Positions 1 through 9,989 of a stretch of DNA of 64,000 nucleotides are shown here, in pieces. The stretch comes from Alphaproteobacteria bacterium (GTDB lineage: Bacteria > Pseudomonadota > Alphaproteobacteria > JABAAW01 > JAHZMA01). The notes beneath the pieces were generated by a model. The model was not told the origin of the DNA, searched no databases, and saw nothing but the letters and a program-made list of their open reading frames with translations. A program made the position numbers and the translations under genes. The stretch covers positions 209,567-273,566 of the forward strand of contig CBDBJL010000018.1 of NCBI GenBank assembly GCA_965206365.1. The letters run 5' to 3'. Positions within the stretch are counted from its first letter, which is position 1. Each line of letters starts with the position of its first letter.

Positions 1-79
1 AAGATATTGTATGGGCATGGTTTCATGCCCGCCATTTTGCGGATTTCTTATTTTTTTGGCAATGATGGCTCCGTTATAG

Positions 80-639
80 TTAAACGGCTTGTATCGGTAT
101 TTTCCGTATTTTTCTGGAATTTTTATCGATATCTTCAACAATTCTTAGCTTTGGCCTTCCGAGAATTTTTAAAATAGTAGTAGTGGTACCTTTAACTTTT
201 CCAAAATGTAAATTCACATAAACGCGTTCGCCTGCAGTAACATTAACATTCAACGATACATGCCTTATTTTACTTTGGTTAAAAGGCGTATTGGTACCTT
301 TAAGCTTGTTGTCATTTTTATGTTTAAGAATGAGAACTCTATTTTCGCCATCGTCCAAAGGGTCTATTTTGATCGTATGTTCCCCTGCCTTAATATTAAT
401 CAGAATGGCTTTATTATCTGGCAAAGGTTCCATTTTAACACCATCTATATATAGTGTGGGAAATTCCCTAGTGCTACCAGTGTTTCCATGCCAAATGAAG
501 ATCTGCCCCTCATTTTCAGAAGGCTGTGTAACAGATTCGTTTCCCGCCAGATATTAATCTTGTATCTTTCGTTGCGCCACCACAAGCGGAAAGGGTGAAA
601 ATGATACTGATCGCGATAATTTTTTTTAACAAGAAGCAT
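80..639 (-). pseudogene. Disrupted lipoprotein gene: signal peptide and lipobox readable only in an alternate frame, with a beta-sandwich (PEGA-like) C-terminal part in a third frame
   Basis: On the minus strand, ATG at 639, then a T8 run (plus 620..627, A8 in the gene). Removing one A gives MLLVKKIIAISIIFTLSACGG, a classic lipobox L-S-A-C. The sequence then runs through three frames: ORF 445..639, a short frame-B stretch ending in TGA, and the 80..433 frame, which is open upstream of its first Met. A second shift lies near the G3A3 run at about 545. Confidence 0.5.
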
Positions 640-776
640 CGTAAATATTCTTTTTTAATTCTAATAGCATAGATACTGAGTAGAAAATTTATCATATAGC
701 GTCAATAGAATTCTAAAAATAAATCATTTATGCTACAAAATAGCCTTTAATATTTATTATTTTCAGGTAAAGATTT

Positions 777-2333
777 ATGGTTGCAAAAATAGATACAGTG
801 GCTTTTGAAGGCTTACAGATTCGGCGCGTTGATGTTCAGGTAATGTTGATGAGTGGGTTACCGACTTTTACGATTGTAGGTTTGCCGGATAAGGCGGTTG
901 CTGAGAGTCGAGAGCGGGTTCGTGCAGCCTTGGCGTCGCTTGGGTTGGTTTTGCCGGCAAAACGCATTACCGTTAATTTATCGCCCGCTGATTTGCAGAA
1001 AGAGGGAAGCCACTATGATTTACCGATTGCGCTGGGTTTATTATGCGCGATGGATATTATTGGTGCGGATAAAGTTTCGGATTATATTGCGCTGGGTGAA
1101 TTAAGTTTGGATGGTTCTATTTTGCCTGTGAATGGGATTTTACCAAGTGCGCTTTATGCGTTGGAATCTAAAAAAGCGATTATTTGCCCGAAAAATTGTG
1201 GGCATGAGGCAGCATGGGCATTTCAGGGTGAATTTCGGGGCGAAGATGAACCAAATTTCAGGAAATCATCGATTGTTGCGGCAACAAGTTTGCTAGAATT
1301 GATTACTTTTCTCAAGGGGGAAGGCGAGGTGCCTTCTGTTCCGATTCTTCGGGTTGAGGCTGGACATAAATTTGCTGATTTTCGGGATGTAAAGGGGCAA
1401 GAACAAGCAAAACGGGCCCTAGAAATTGCGGCAGCGGGTGGGCATCATCTTTTAATGTCGGGTCCCCCTGGCAGTGGCAAATCAATGTTGGCGCAAAGAT
1501 TGGCAGGAATTCTACCCCCTTTATCACCGCGCGAAGCTTTGGATGTTGCCATTATTCATTCTTTATCAGGCTTGATAATCCAAGGTGGGATTACACAAAA
1601 ACGCCCGTTTCGCGCACCTCATCATACTGCATCGATTGCGGCTTTGGCAGGAGGCGGAAGCCGCGCCCGCCCGGGAGAAATATCATTGGCACATAATGGG
1701 GTATTATTTATGGATGAATTTCCTGAATTTTCGCGTGCTGGGTTAGAAGCTTTGCGCCAACCCATTGAAACTGGCGAGGTGGTAATTGCGCGTGTTCATT
1801 CGCATTTAACGTACCCCTCAAGGTTTCAATTGGTGGCAGCTATGAATCCGTGTCGTTGTGGTTATTTGGGCGATGGGATGCGTGAATGCAAACAAGCACC
1901 AGAATGTGGGTTTAAGTATCAATCTAAAATATCAGGACCGATTTTTGATCGGATTGATATTCATATTGAAGTGCCAGAAATATCGGCAATGGATCTAAGT
2001 TTGCCACAAGCGGCAGAATCTAGCGAAATAATTGCGAAACGAGTTATGAAAACGCGGAATATTCAGCATGATCGATTTCAAAAATATAATGTAAAATTAA
2101 GTTGTAATGCTCATGCTGAAGGTGAATTATTAGAACAAATTGCACCTTTGCAAACAAAAACGCGCGATTTTTTAACAAACACTGCCAATCAAATTAATCT
2201 TTCTGCGCGCGGTTATTATCGGGTATTGAAAGTGGCTCGTACGATTTCGGATATGGAAAATTGCGCAGAAATTGAATTGGTCCATTTGGCAGAAGCTTTG
2301 CAATTGCGCCGAATAACGCATCGAGGAAGGTGA
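777..2333 (+). CDS. yifB: YifB/ComM family Mg-chelatase-like AAA+ ATPase
   Basis: 518 aa; N-terminal Lon-like domain, Walker A GPPGSGKS, C-terminal Mg-chelatase subunit ChlI-like region. Confidence 0.85.
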   Translation: MVAKIDTVAFEGLQIRRVDVQVMLMSGLPTFTIVGLPDKAVAESRERVRAALASLGLVLPAKRITVNLSPADLQKEGSHYDLPIALGLLCAMDIIGADKVSDYIALGELSLDGSILPVNGILPSALYALESKKAIICPKNCGHEAAWAFQGEFRGEDEPNFRKSSIVAATSLLELITFLKGEGEVPSVPILRVEAGHKFADFRDVKGQEQAKRALEIAAAGGHHLLMSGPPGSGKSMLAQRLAGILPPLSPREALDVAIIHSLSGLIIQGGITQKRPFRAPHHTASIAALAGGGSRARPGEISLAHNGVLFMDEFPEFSRAGLEALRQPIETGEVVIARVHSHLTYPSRFQLVAAMNPCRCGYLGDGMRECKQAPECGFKYQSKISGPIFDRIDIHIEVPEISAMDLSLPQAAESSEIIAKRVMKTRNIQHDRFQKYNVKLSCNAHAEGELLEQIAPLQTKTRDFLTNTANQINLSARGYYRVLKVARTISDMENCAEIELVHLAEALQLRRITHRGR

Positions 2334-2522
2334 TTTTCGCAATATTTTGGTGGAAAATTGGCTAAATTTCTCGGTGGCTTGTCAGGGTAAAAAATATTTG
2401 TTACAATCTCCTTGCAGGCAAAATAGGTATTGGTTGCAAGTAAAATTAGATGTTGCAATTCTAGAAATAGGGTCTGCAATTAATCAAGGCTGTATAAATT
2501 GAAGAAAGCTGGATTTTAGGTT

Positions 2523-2888
2523 ATGAAGAAAAGACCCTTATCGCCACATTTACAGATTTATCGTTGGCGTTGGGTGATGCTCTCTTCTATTGTGCATCGT
2601 TTTACAGCAATTATTTTAACCGTGGGGATGGTTTATTTAAGTGTGAAATTATTTGTTTTTGCTTTTTTATCCCCAAGAATCTTTAATGAATTTATTAATT
2701 TTAATGGTTACATATTTTTTATTATCCTGAAATTTTTGTTTTTTTGGGCATTGATCTATCATTTGGTAAATGGTTGGCGTCATATGGTTTGGGATACTGG
2801 AAGTTTGTTTTCTTTACGGGTTAGTAGTTTATTAAGCGTTTTAATGTTTGTCATTCCAACGATTGTTTGTGGTTATTATTTTTTTTAG
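2523..2888 (+). CDS. sdhC: Succinate dehydrogenase cytochrome b556 subunit
   Basis: 121 aa; RPLSPHLQIYRW motif; three TM helices; immediately upstream of sdhD/sdhA. Confidence 0.85.
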   Translation: MKKRPLSPHLQIYRWRWVMLSSIVHRFTAIILTVGMVYLSVKLFVFAFLSPRIFNEFINFNGYIFFIILKFLFFWALIYHLVNGWRHMVWDTGSLFSLRVSSLLSVLMFVIPTIVCGYYFF

Positions 2889-2912
2889 GAATAAAAGATA
2901 AAGTTTATCATA

Positions 2913-3287
2913 ATGTTAAAAATATTTTTTTCTAGTATTGTAGCGGGTGACTATAATAAGCCCAGAATGGTTTGGCTTTATCAGCGGATAACATCTGTGT
3001 TTTTAACTTTTCTTATGATTTGGCTGCTTTTTGAGGGGTTGGGAAAAACTGGCGATATGGGTTATGATGAATTTAATCTGTGGCTGTTGAACCCATTCAA
3101 TGCAAGTTTGTTAGCCCTAACAAATATTTTTATTTTCTGGCACATGGCAATCGGTTTGGAAGTGATTATTGAAGATTATATTCATCATCATTTTTGGCAT
3201 TTATTTTTTAAAAAATCTATTCAACTAGGAGCTAGATTTTTTATGATTTTGGGGGTTGTTTCGATTTTGTTTGTTTATGTGCGATAA
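2913..3287 (+). CDS. sdhD: Succinate dehydrogenase hydrophobic membrane anchor
   Basis: 124 aa TM protein between sdhC and sdhA; start may be internal. Confidence 0.75.
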   Translation: MLKIFFSSIVAGDYNKPRMVWLYQRITSVFLTFLMIWLLFEGLGKTGDMGYDEFNLWLLNPFNASLLALTNIFIFWHMAIGLEVIIEDYIHHHFWHLFFKKSIQLGARFFMILGVVSILFVYVR

Positions 3288-3290
3288 ATT

Positions 3291-5084
3291 ATGACAGTGG
3301 ATTACCAAGGAAAAGATCATTATTATGATGTTGTGGTTGTTGGTGCTGGGGGCGCAGGTTTGCGTGCGGCATTGGGGCTTTCAGAAGCTGGGCTGAAGGT
3401 TGCTTGCGTTACAAAATTATTTCCAACCCGAAGCCACACAGTAGCTGCGCAAGGGGGAATCTCGGCTTCACTTGGTAATATGGGCGCAGATGATTGGCGT
3501 TGGCATATGTATGATACGGTGAAAGGGTCTGATTGGCTTGGAGATCAAGATGCGATCGAATTTATGGTTCGTCATGCCCCTGAAGCGGTTTTAGAATTAG
3601 AACATTATGGGATGCCGTTTTCGCGCACGAAAGAGGGTAAAATTTATCAACGAGCTTTTGGAGGTATGACGACACAGTTTGGTGAAGGCCCTGCGGCACT
3701 TCGCACTTGTGCGGCAGCAGATCGAACTGGGCATGCCATGCTCCATACATTGTATCAGCAAAGTCTCAAATATAAAGTAGAGTTTTTCATTGAATATTTT
3801 GCGCTAGATTTGTTAATGGATAAAGATCGAATCATTGGCGTGATTGCATTATGTCTGGAAGATGGTGTTTTTCATCGTTTTGGGGCTCGAATGGTTGTGA
3901 TTGCAACGGGGGGTTATGGGCGCACGTATTTTTCATGTACGTCTGCGCATAGTTGTACTGGTGATGGTGGTGGCATGGCAATACGTGCGGGGCTTCCGAT
4001 CCAAGATCCTGAATTTGTTCAATTTCATCCTACAGGGATTTACGGGGCAGGTTGTTTAATTACCGAAGGTGTACGTGGTGAGGGTGGCTATTTAACGAAT
4101 AGTGATGGCGAACGTTTTATGGAACGTTATGCCCCATCGGCAAAAGATTTGGCATCACGTGATGTTGTTAGTCGGGCAATGACGTTAGAAATTAGAGAAG
4201 GGCGTGGTGTTGGCAAGCGCAAGGATCATTTATATTTGCATATTAATCATTTAGAGCCGAAAATTGTTCATGAAAGATTGCCGGGGATTTCGGATACGGC
4301 AAAAATTTTTGCTGGGGTTGATGTTACAAAACAGCCGATTCCGGTTTTGCCAACATGCCATTATAATATGGGCGGAATTCCAACGAATTACCATGGTGAG
4401 GTTCTTAACCCTACGGATAAAAATCCAGGAAGGATTGTTCCGGGATTAATGGCAGTGGGTGAAGCCGCTTGTGTATCGGTGCATGGGGCCAATCGTTTGG
4501 GCTCAAATTCATTGCTTGATTTGGTGGTATTTGGCAAAGCTGTAGCAACGCATTGCATAGAGGTTTTACGTGAAGAAAAAGGGAATGTAGCTGTGCTTAA
4601 GGATGATCATGGACAAGAAAGTTTGGCCAGAGTTGATCAGGTTCTTAAAAATGAAGGTAATCTTTCCGTTGCCAATTTACGCGATGAAATGCAACGGGTT
4701 ATGCAAGAGGATGTGGCAGTGTTCAGAGATGCTGAAACACTGCAAGATGGGAAAAAGAGAATTGATGCGGTTTGGAAAAAACATGACGATATTCATCTTA
4801 CGGATCGTGGATTAATTTGGAATACCGATTTAATCGAGGCCTTGGAATTTGATAATCTTTTAACGCAAGCTGTTTGTACAGTTCATGCGGCACTGAATCG
4901 AGAAGAATCGCGGGGAGCTCACGCGCGTGAGGATTTTCCGGATCGGGATGATCAAAAATGGATGAAGCATAGTTTGGTTCGAATGAATAGCATAGGGAGA
5001 ATTAAGGTGAGTTATCGTCCGGTAGAAATGAATCCGATGAGTGATGATATTCAATCAATCCCCCCCAAAAAGCGGGTTTATTGA
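3291..5084 (+). CDS. sdhA: Succinate dehydrogenase flavoprotein subunit
   Basis: 597 aa; N-terminal FAD fold [15 protein letters not shown]; covalent-FAD His region [10 protein letters not shown]; RGEGG motif. Confidence 0.95.
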   Translation: MTVDYQGKDHYYDVVVVGAGGAGLRAALGLSEAGLKVACVTKLFPTRSHTVAAQGGISASLGNMGADDWRWHMYDTVKGSDWLGDQDAIEFMVRHAPEAVLELEHYGMPFSRTKEGKIYQRAFGGMTTQFGEGPAALRTCAAADRTGHAMLHTLYQQSLKYKVEFFIEYFALDLLMDKDRIIGVIALCLEDGVFHRFGARMVVIATGGYGRTYFSCTSAHSCTGDGGGMAIRAGLPIQDPEFVQFHPTGIYGAGCLITEGVRGEGGYLTNSDGERFMERYAPSAKDLASRDVVSRAMTLEIREGRGVGKRKDHLYLHINHLEPKIVHERLPGISDTAKIFAGVDVTKQPIPVLPTCHYNMGGIPTNYHGEVLNPTDKNPGRIVPGLMAVGEAACVSVHGANRLGSNSLLDLVVFGKAVATHCIEVLREEKGNVAVLKDDHGQESLARVDQVLKNEGNLSVANLRDEMQRVMQEDVAVFRDAETLQDGKKRIDAVWKKHDDIHLTDRGLIWNTDLIEALEFDNLLTQAVCTVHAALNREESRGAHAREDFPDRDDQKWMKHSLVRMNSIGRIKVSYRPVEMNPMSDDIQSIPPKKRVY

Positions 5085-5150
5085 ATCATAGCAAATTGAA
5101 TAATATGATGAAAGAATGCTCTTAGATCGTATAATAAGGAGGTAGGGAAA

Positions 5151-6518
5151 TTGGGAAATATAAAAGAAAAAAACAATTCAACTGAAAATGGAGAAAAGGC
5201 GACATCTATTGCAAAAGTTGCTGTTGCAGGTTTGGGCACTGTGGGTTGCGGGCTGATTAGTTTAATTGAACAGATGCAGGTAACCTTAAAAGATAACAAT
5301 CAAACGGCGTTGCCAATTAAGATTGTTGCAGTTTCTGCACGCGATAAAACCAAAGAACGTTCGGTAGATATTTCTGCCTATCAATGGTTTGATGATCCCG
5401 TAGATATGGTCAAGAAAACGGATGCAAATATTGTTGTAGAATTAATTGGTGGTGAATATGGTAGTGCTGAAGATGTTTTGAAGGTTGCCATTGAAAGTGG
5501 TAAGTCGGTGGTTACGGCAAACAAAGCCTTGCTTGCCCGTTCGGGGTTTGAGATTGGGCAGTTGGTTGAAAAGCATCAAGTAATGATTGGTTGGGAGGCC
5601 GCGGTTGGCGGGGTAATTCCGATTATTGCAAATATTTCTGGAAATTTGGCGGCAGATTACATCGAACGTATTTTTGGAATTTTAAATGGAACTTGTAATT
5701 ATATTTTGACGAATATGCGTAGCAATAAAATTGATTTTCACGTTGCTTTGGAAAAAGCTCAGCAATTAGGTTTGGCAGAAAGTGACCCAACTTTAGATAT
5801 TTCGGGAATGGATGCTGCGCAAAAGCTGGCTTTGTTGGCTTCTATTAGTTTTCATATTAAGCCTGATATTGCCAGAATGCATGTGGAAGGCATTGAATCT
5901 ATTAAATATAATGATATTGTTTTTGCAGAATCTTTGGGTTATCGCATTAAGTTGATTGGGCATGCAGAACGGTATCGGAATAAAATTTACTTAAATGTAA
6001 GTCCGTTAATGTTGCCTTTATCATCGCCATTGGCGCATATTGAAGAAGAAATAAATGCGGTAGAGTTGAAAAGTCGTTATGCGGGAACCAGTATCGTTAC
6101 AGGGGCAGGGGCAGGAGCACACCCAACCGCGGTTGCGGTGGCTTCCGATGTGATGAATTTGGCGCGTTATTATGGGCAAAGTAATTATTTGTTTGCTGTG
6201 CCTACCAGTAATTTACAAGATGGTGATTATTTTCGGGACGAGGATTATGAAGGGCAATATTATTTGCGGATTCGAGTGAAGGATATGCCTGGTGTGCTTG
6301 CGGATATTATGACAGTTTTGAAAGAATATGGTGTTTCTGTGGATATGTTTTCTCAGCGTGCGGTTGAAAAGCGAATTCAACCTGAATCAGGGAATGTTAC
6401 CTTGCTAATGATTACGCATCCAATTAAAAGTTCAGTAATTAAAGCAACATTAATGCGCGTTGAAGCTTTGTCGTTTGTTTTAGAAAAATTATTGGCAATT
6501 AGAATAGCAAAAGGTTAA
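5151..6518 (+). CDS. hom: Homoserine dehydrogenase
   Basis: 455 aa; NAD fold VAVAGLGTVG; VVTANKALLA catalytic motif; C-terminal ACT-like domain. Sits between sdhA and sdhB. Confidence 0.85.
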   Translation: MGNIKEKNNSTENGEKATSIAKVAVAGLGTVGCGLISLIEQMQVTLKDNNQTALPIKIVAVSARDKTKERSVDISAYQWFDDPVDMVKKTDANIVVELIGGEYGSAEDVLKVAIESGKSVVTANKALLARSGFEIGQLVEKHQVMIGWEAAVGGVIPIIANISGNLAADYIERIFGILNGTCNYILTNMRSNKIDFHVALEKAQQLGLAESDPTLDISGMDAAQKLALLASISFHIKPDIARMHVEGIESIKYNDIVFAESLGYRIKLIGHAERYRNKIYLNVSPLMLPLSSPLAHIEEEINAVELKSRYAGTSIVTGAGAGAHPTAVAVASDVMNLARYYGQSNYLFAVPTSNLQDGDYFRDEDYEGQYYLRIRVKDMPGVLADIMTVLKEYGVSVDMFSQRAVEKRIQPESGNVTLLMITHPIKSSVIKATLMRVEALSFVLEKLLAIRIAKG

Positions 6519-6522
6519 GTGA

Positions 6523-7320
6523 ATGGCGCAATTAAGATTACCAAAAAATTCTCGCCCTAGGAAAGGTAAAATTTGGGAAAAACCAGAAAAGAGTGAAAAT
6601 GGGGAATCTTTGCAAAGATTAAAAGCTGTTCATATTTATCGTTATGACCCACAAAAAGATGAAACTCCCGCGATAGATATATTTCATATTGATTTAAATG
6701 ATTGTGCACCGATGGTGTTAGATGCAATTTTAAAAATTAAAAATGAAATTGATCCTTCATTAAGTTTGCGTAGATCTTGTCGTGAAGGTGTATGTGGTTC
6801 ATGCGCAATGAATATTAATGGTAGCAACGCTTTGGCTTGTACAACTCATATCTCGGATATTAAAGGTGCGATTAAAATATACCCTTTGCCACATCGCGAA
6901 GTGATTAAAGATTTGGTAGTTGATGTGAAGGTGATCTATCAGCAATTGACAGATATTCGACCCTGGCTTCGCGTGAAAGGAAAAACACCAGAAAAAGAAC
7001 GGCTACAGTCAGAAGCAGAACGGGAAAAATTAGATGGGCTTTATGAATGTATTTTATGTTTTTGTTGTTCAACCTCTTGCCCAAGCTACTGGTGGAATGG
7101 CGATCAATATTTAGGTCCTGCGGTATTATTGCAAGCTTATCGTTGGATCATGGATAGTCGTGATGATGATCAAAAGTCTCGGGTTCGAGCGCTTGAGGAT
7201 CCCTTTAAACTTTATCGGTGCCATACGATTATGAATTGCACTCAAAGCTGCCCGAAAGGATTGAATCCGGCTCAGGCGATTGCTTCGATTAAGAAATTAA
7301 TGGTAACCATAAACAATTAA
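6523..7320 (+). CDS. sdhB: Succinate dehydrogenase iron-sulfur subunit
   Basis: 265 aa; 2Fe-2[12 protein letters not shown] plus two further Cys clusters CxxCxxCxxxCP. Confidence 0.95.
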   Translation: MAQLRLPKNSRPRKGKIWEKPEKSENGESLQRLKAVHIYRYDPQKDETPAIDIFHIDLNDCAPMVLDAILKIKNEIDPSLSLRRSCREGVCGSCAMNINGSNALACTTHISDIKGAIKIYPLPHREVIKDLVVDVKVIYQQLTDIRPWLRVKGKTPEKERLQSEAEREKLDGLYECILCFCCSTSCPSYWWNGDQYLGPAVLLQAYRWIMDSRDDDQKSRVRALEDPFKLYRCHTIMNCTQSCPKGLNPAQAIASIKKLMVTINN

Positions 7321-7340
7321 GGAATAGAGGCAATTTGAAC

Positions 7341-8678
7341 TTAATCGATTAAAGGCGACCATGTTGGATCAGATGCGTCGGTTGTGGTAGGGATTTCGCG
7401 TAAATTATATCCCGTTAAATCAATAGAGTAAATTCGGGTACGTCCGCCTGTGCCATCAAAGCTACTTTTTTCACGTTTGAAAAACATTAACACCCTGCCA
7501 TTAGGTGCCCATGTTGGGGCTTCAGCATGATAATCTTTGAATAAGATTCGCTGTTTTTTGCCATTAGGTTGAATCACACCAATGGCGAATTTTCCACCAG
7601 ATTGACGGGTAAAGGCAATTAAATCCCCGCGAGGCGACCAAACTGGAGTTGTAAAATTACCGCGCCCATAGGTGATACGTTTCGCTTTGCCACCCTGGCT
7701 ACGCATAACATAAATTTGGGGTGAACCTCCACGGTCGGAGGTGAAAGCGATAAATTTACCATCGGGTGAGACTGTGGGTGAGGTATCAATAGCGCGATGG
7801 CGCGTTAAGCGTATTTTCTCTAGGGTGCGTAAATCCATATACCAAATATCTGAATTTCCATGTTCGGCATAAGAAAGTACGATCGCATTTCCTGAAGCGC
7901 TAAATCGTGGTGCGTAATACATGCCCTGAAAATCACCCAAGCTAATTTGGTTACCAGTTTTCAAATCTAACCAATAAACGCGGGCTTTGCGTTGGTAAAT
8001 TCGCATATAAATAATTTCTTGGCGTATGGGCGAGAAGCGTGGAGTGAGTAACAGGTCGGAACCGCTACTAATGATTTGTGTGTTGGCACCATCTTGATCC
8101 ATAATGGCTAATTGTTTGACGCGTTGGTTCAGCGGACCGGTTTCTGCAATATATAAGATTCGAGTATCGAAATAACCTTCTTCGCCTGTGATGCGTTGAT
8201 AGACATTATCAGAAATTTTATGGGCAATACGCCGCCAGCCAGAAAGTTTGACCACATAGGTAAGGGCTGATAGCTGTTTTTGTGATAGAATATCCCATAG
8301 GCGAAAAGAAATTTGTAGATGATCGGCGTCTTTATGAATAAGCTCTCCCATGAGTAACGCTTGAGCATTGGTGAGTCGCCAGGCACCGAAATCGGGTTTT
8401 TGTTTAAAAAGGATCGAGGTTTGAATAAAATCTTGTTTTGGAACTGTGGCAAATAAACTTGAGCGTGTTAGGTTGTTGGCAATCAAGGTAGTGATATTTC
8501 TGGCAATAAGCTCTAAATCTCTCTTTTCCTGGGCAGTAGCATCTTGTTGCAAGGGCTGAATAGTAAAAGGAAGGTAGGCAATGGGTAGAGGCTTAAAATC
8601 ACCGCTGGTAATATCGATGTTAAGCTCTGCCAGGGCATTTGTTGTGAATAATAAAAAAGCAAATAGGTAATATTTCAT
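7341..8678 (-). CDS. tolB: Tol-Pal system beta-propeller protein TolB
   Basis: 445 aa; signal peptide; N-terminal TolB domain followed by WD-like beta-propeller repeats. Confidence 0.9.
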   Translation of the reverse strand: MKYYLFAFLLFTTNALAELNIDITSGDFKPLPIAYLPFTIQPLQQDATAQEKRDLELIARNITTLIANNLTRSSLFATVPKQDFIQTSILFKQKPDFGAWRLTNAQALLMGELIHKDADHLQISFRLWDILSQKQLSALTYVVKLSGWRRIAHKISDNVYQRITGEEGYFDTRILYIAETGPLNQRVKQLAIMDQDGANTQIISSGSDLLLTPRFSPIRQEIIYMRIYQRKARVYWLDLKTGNQISLGDFQGMYYAPRFSASGNAIVLSYAEHGNSDIWYMDLRTLEKIRLTRHRAIDTSPTVSPDGKFIAFTSDRGGSPQIYVMRSQGGKAKRITYGRGNFTTPVWSPRGDLIAFTRQSGGKFAIGVIQPNGKKQRILFKDYHAEAPTWAPNGRVLMFFKREKSSFDGTGGRTRIYSIDLTGYNLREIPTTTDASDPTWSPLID

Positions 8679-9544
8679 TGTAATATCTGTGAAGGGTTAA
8701 AGGTTAAAGTTGTTTTATGCCAAGCATCATATTTATGTAACGGTAATTTCAGTGGAGTGCAATCAGGATGATAGACTGCGCGCAGGGCATTTTCGCTTGC
8801 ACTACGGTAAAAAGGGTCGGTTCGGTTTGCCAAAAGGTTATGAACAATTCTTGCATCTTGTAAAAAACCTTTTTCATTTAAGGTAAGGCGGACTTTAATA
8901 ATTAATTTATCGATATCTTTGGCTCCAAGGGGTGGATTCCAGCAAAGTGAAATTTGTTCCTTTAAAATGGTAATTTCTTCGGCAGATAACGCATTTTCAA
9001 TAGCCTCTACCGTAGCGACATTTTCATCTTCAGTTATTTCGCTTTCAGAAGCAAGATATTGAGTTTTTTTTGTTAAATTTTTTAGGTTTTGATCCTGCAA
9101 AAGATCCGCATCATTGTTAGCAACGACAAGATTATCAAGGTTTTTCAAAATTTTTGGGGCATTTTTTGGCTGAGTGGTTAACAGTTCAGGTTTTTTTTTC
9201 GGAGCAACTTTCTTGGGGACAACTTTGTTTACGGCCTCTAAGGTGGCAGCAAAATCATGTATTTTTTCAGGAATTTTTTTCTTAGGAGGCTTTTTTTCCG
9301 GGGCTTTTTTTTTGGTTGTTTTTATTTTTTCAAAATCCGCCTCAGAGATCACTTGAACTTGGGTGGAAACAGTGAATGGGGCAGGATTAATAAAATCTAT
9401 AATTTCCAAAAATAAAAACAGAAAAATTAACGCATGTAAGAAAATAGAAATTTGCAAACCATAGCGAAGCGGGCCTTGGAAAAGATGGTAAAGAATTCCA
9501 GTTTTTTGATGATAAAAAGGTGGAAAAATAAAGTTTGGCATCAT
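8675..9544 (-). CDS. tolA: TolA-like cell envelope integrity protein
   Basis: 289 aa; N-terminal TM helix; Lys/Pro/Ala-rich spacer (KKKAPEKKPPKKKIPEK); C-terminal TolA/TonB-like domain; lies between tolR and tolB and overlaps tolB by 4 nt. Confidence 0.6.
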   Translation of the reverse strand: MMPNFIFPPFYHQKTGILYHLFQGPLRYGLQISIFLHALIFLFLFLEIIDFINPAPFTVSTQVQVISEADFEKIKTTKKKAPEKKPPKKKIPEKIHDFAATLEAVNKVVPKKVAPKKKPELLTTQPKNAPKILKNLDNLVVANNDADLLQDQNLKNLTKKTQYLASESEITEDENVATVEAIENALSAEEITILKEQISLCWNPPLGAKDIDKLIIKVRLTLNEKGFLQDARIVHNLLANRTDPFYRSASENALRAVYHPDCTPLKLPLHKYDAWHKTTLTFNPSQILQ

Positions 9545-9554
9545 TGAAAATAGC

Positions 9555-9974
9555 TTATTTTTTTGTAAGTGTAATCAAAGCAACTTTCGTAAAGCCTGCT
9601 TGGGTTACATCACCCATAATATCGACGACTTGTTTGTATTTTAGATTCTTATGGCCACGAATAAAAATACGCACTTGTTTATCATGATTGGCAGCTGTGC
9701 TTAAATGATTAATTAGGTTGGCGCGTCTTACTTTCGTATCTTGAATATATAAGGTTCCGTTAGCTCGAATCGTAATCACCAAAGGTTCATTAGATTCATT
9801 AAAGGCGGGTGCGTTGGTTTCGGGTAAATCTACGGGAATGCCGACCGTAAGCAAAGGTGCGGTAATCATGAAGACAATCAGCAAAACCAGCATAACATCA
9901 ACAAAAGGGGTGACGTTAATTTCTGCGTTGGGTTTGTGGCGGAATTTTTTCTTGTTTCCAGAAGAGATTAGCAT
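9555..9974 (-). CDS. tolR: Tol-Pal system protein TolR (ExbD/TolR family)
   Basis: 139 aa; single N-terminal TM helix; ExbD-like periplasmic domain. Confidence 0.85.
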   Translation of the reverse strand: MLISSGNKKKFRHKPNAEINVTPFVDVMLVLLIVFMITAPLLTVGIPVDLPETNAPAFNESNEPLVITIRANGTLYIQDTKVRRANLINHLSTAANHDKQVRIFIRGHKNLKYKQVVDIMGDVTQAGFTKVALITLTKK

Positions 9975-9989
9975 AATATAAGGCCTTTG

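Noticed and set aside
8129-8452. 107-aa minus-strand ORF inside tolB
   Set aside because: It overlaps tolB in another frame and has no recognisable features. It is an AT-rich spurious ORF.
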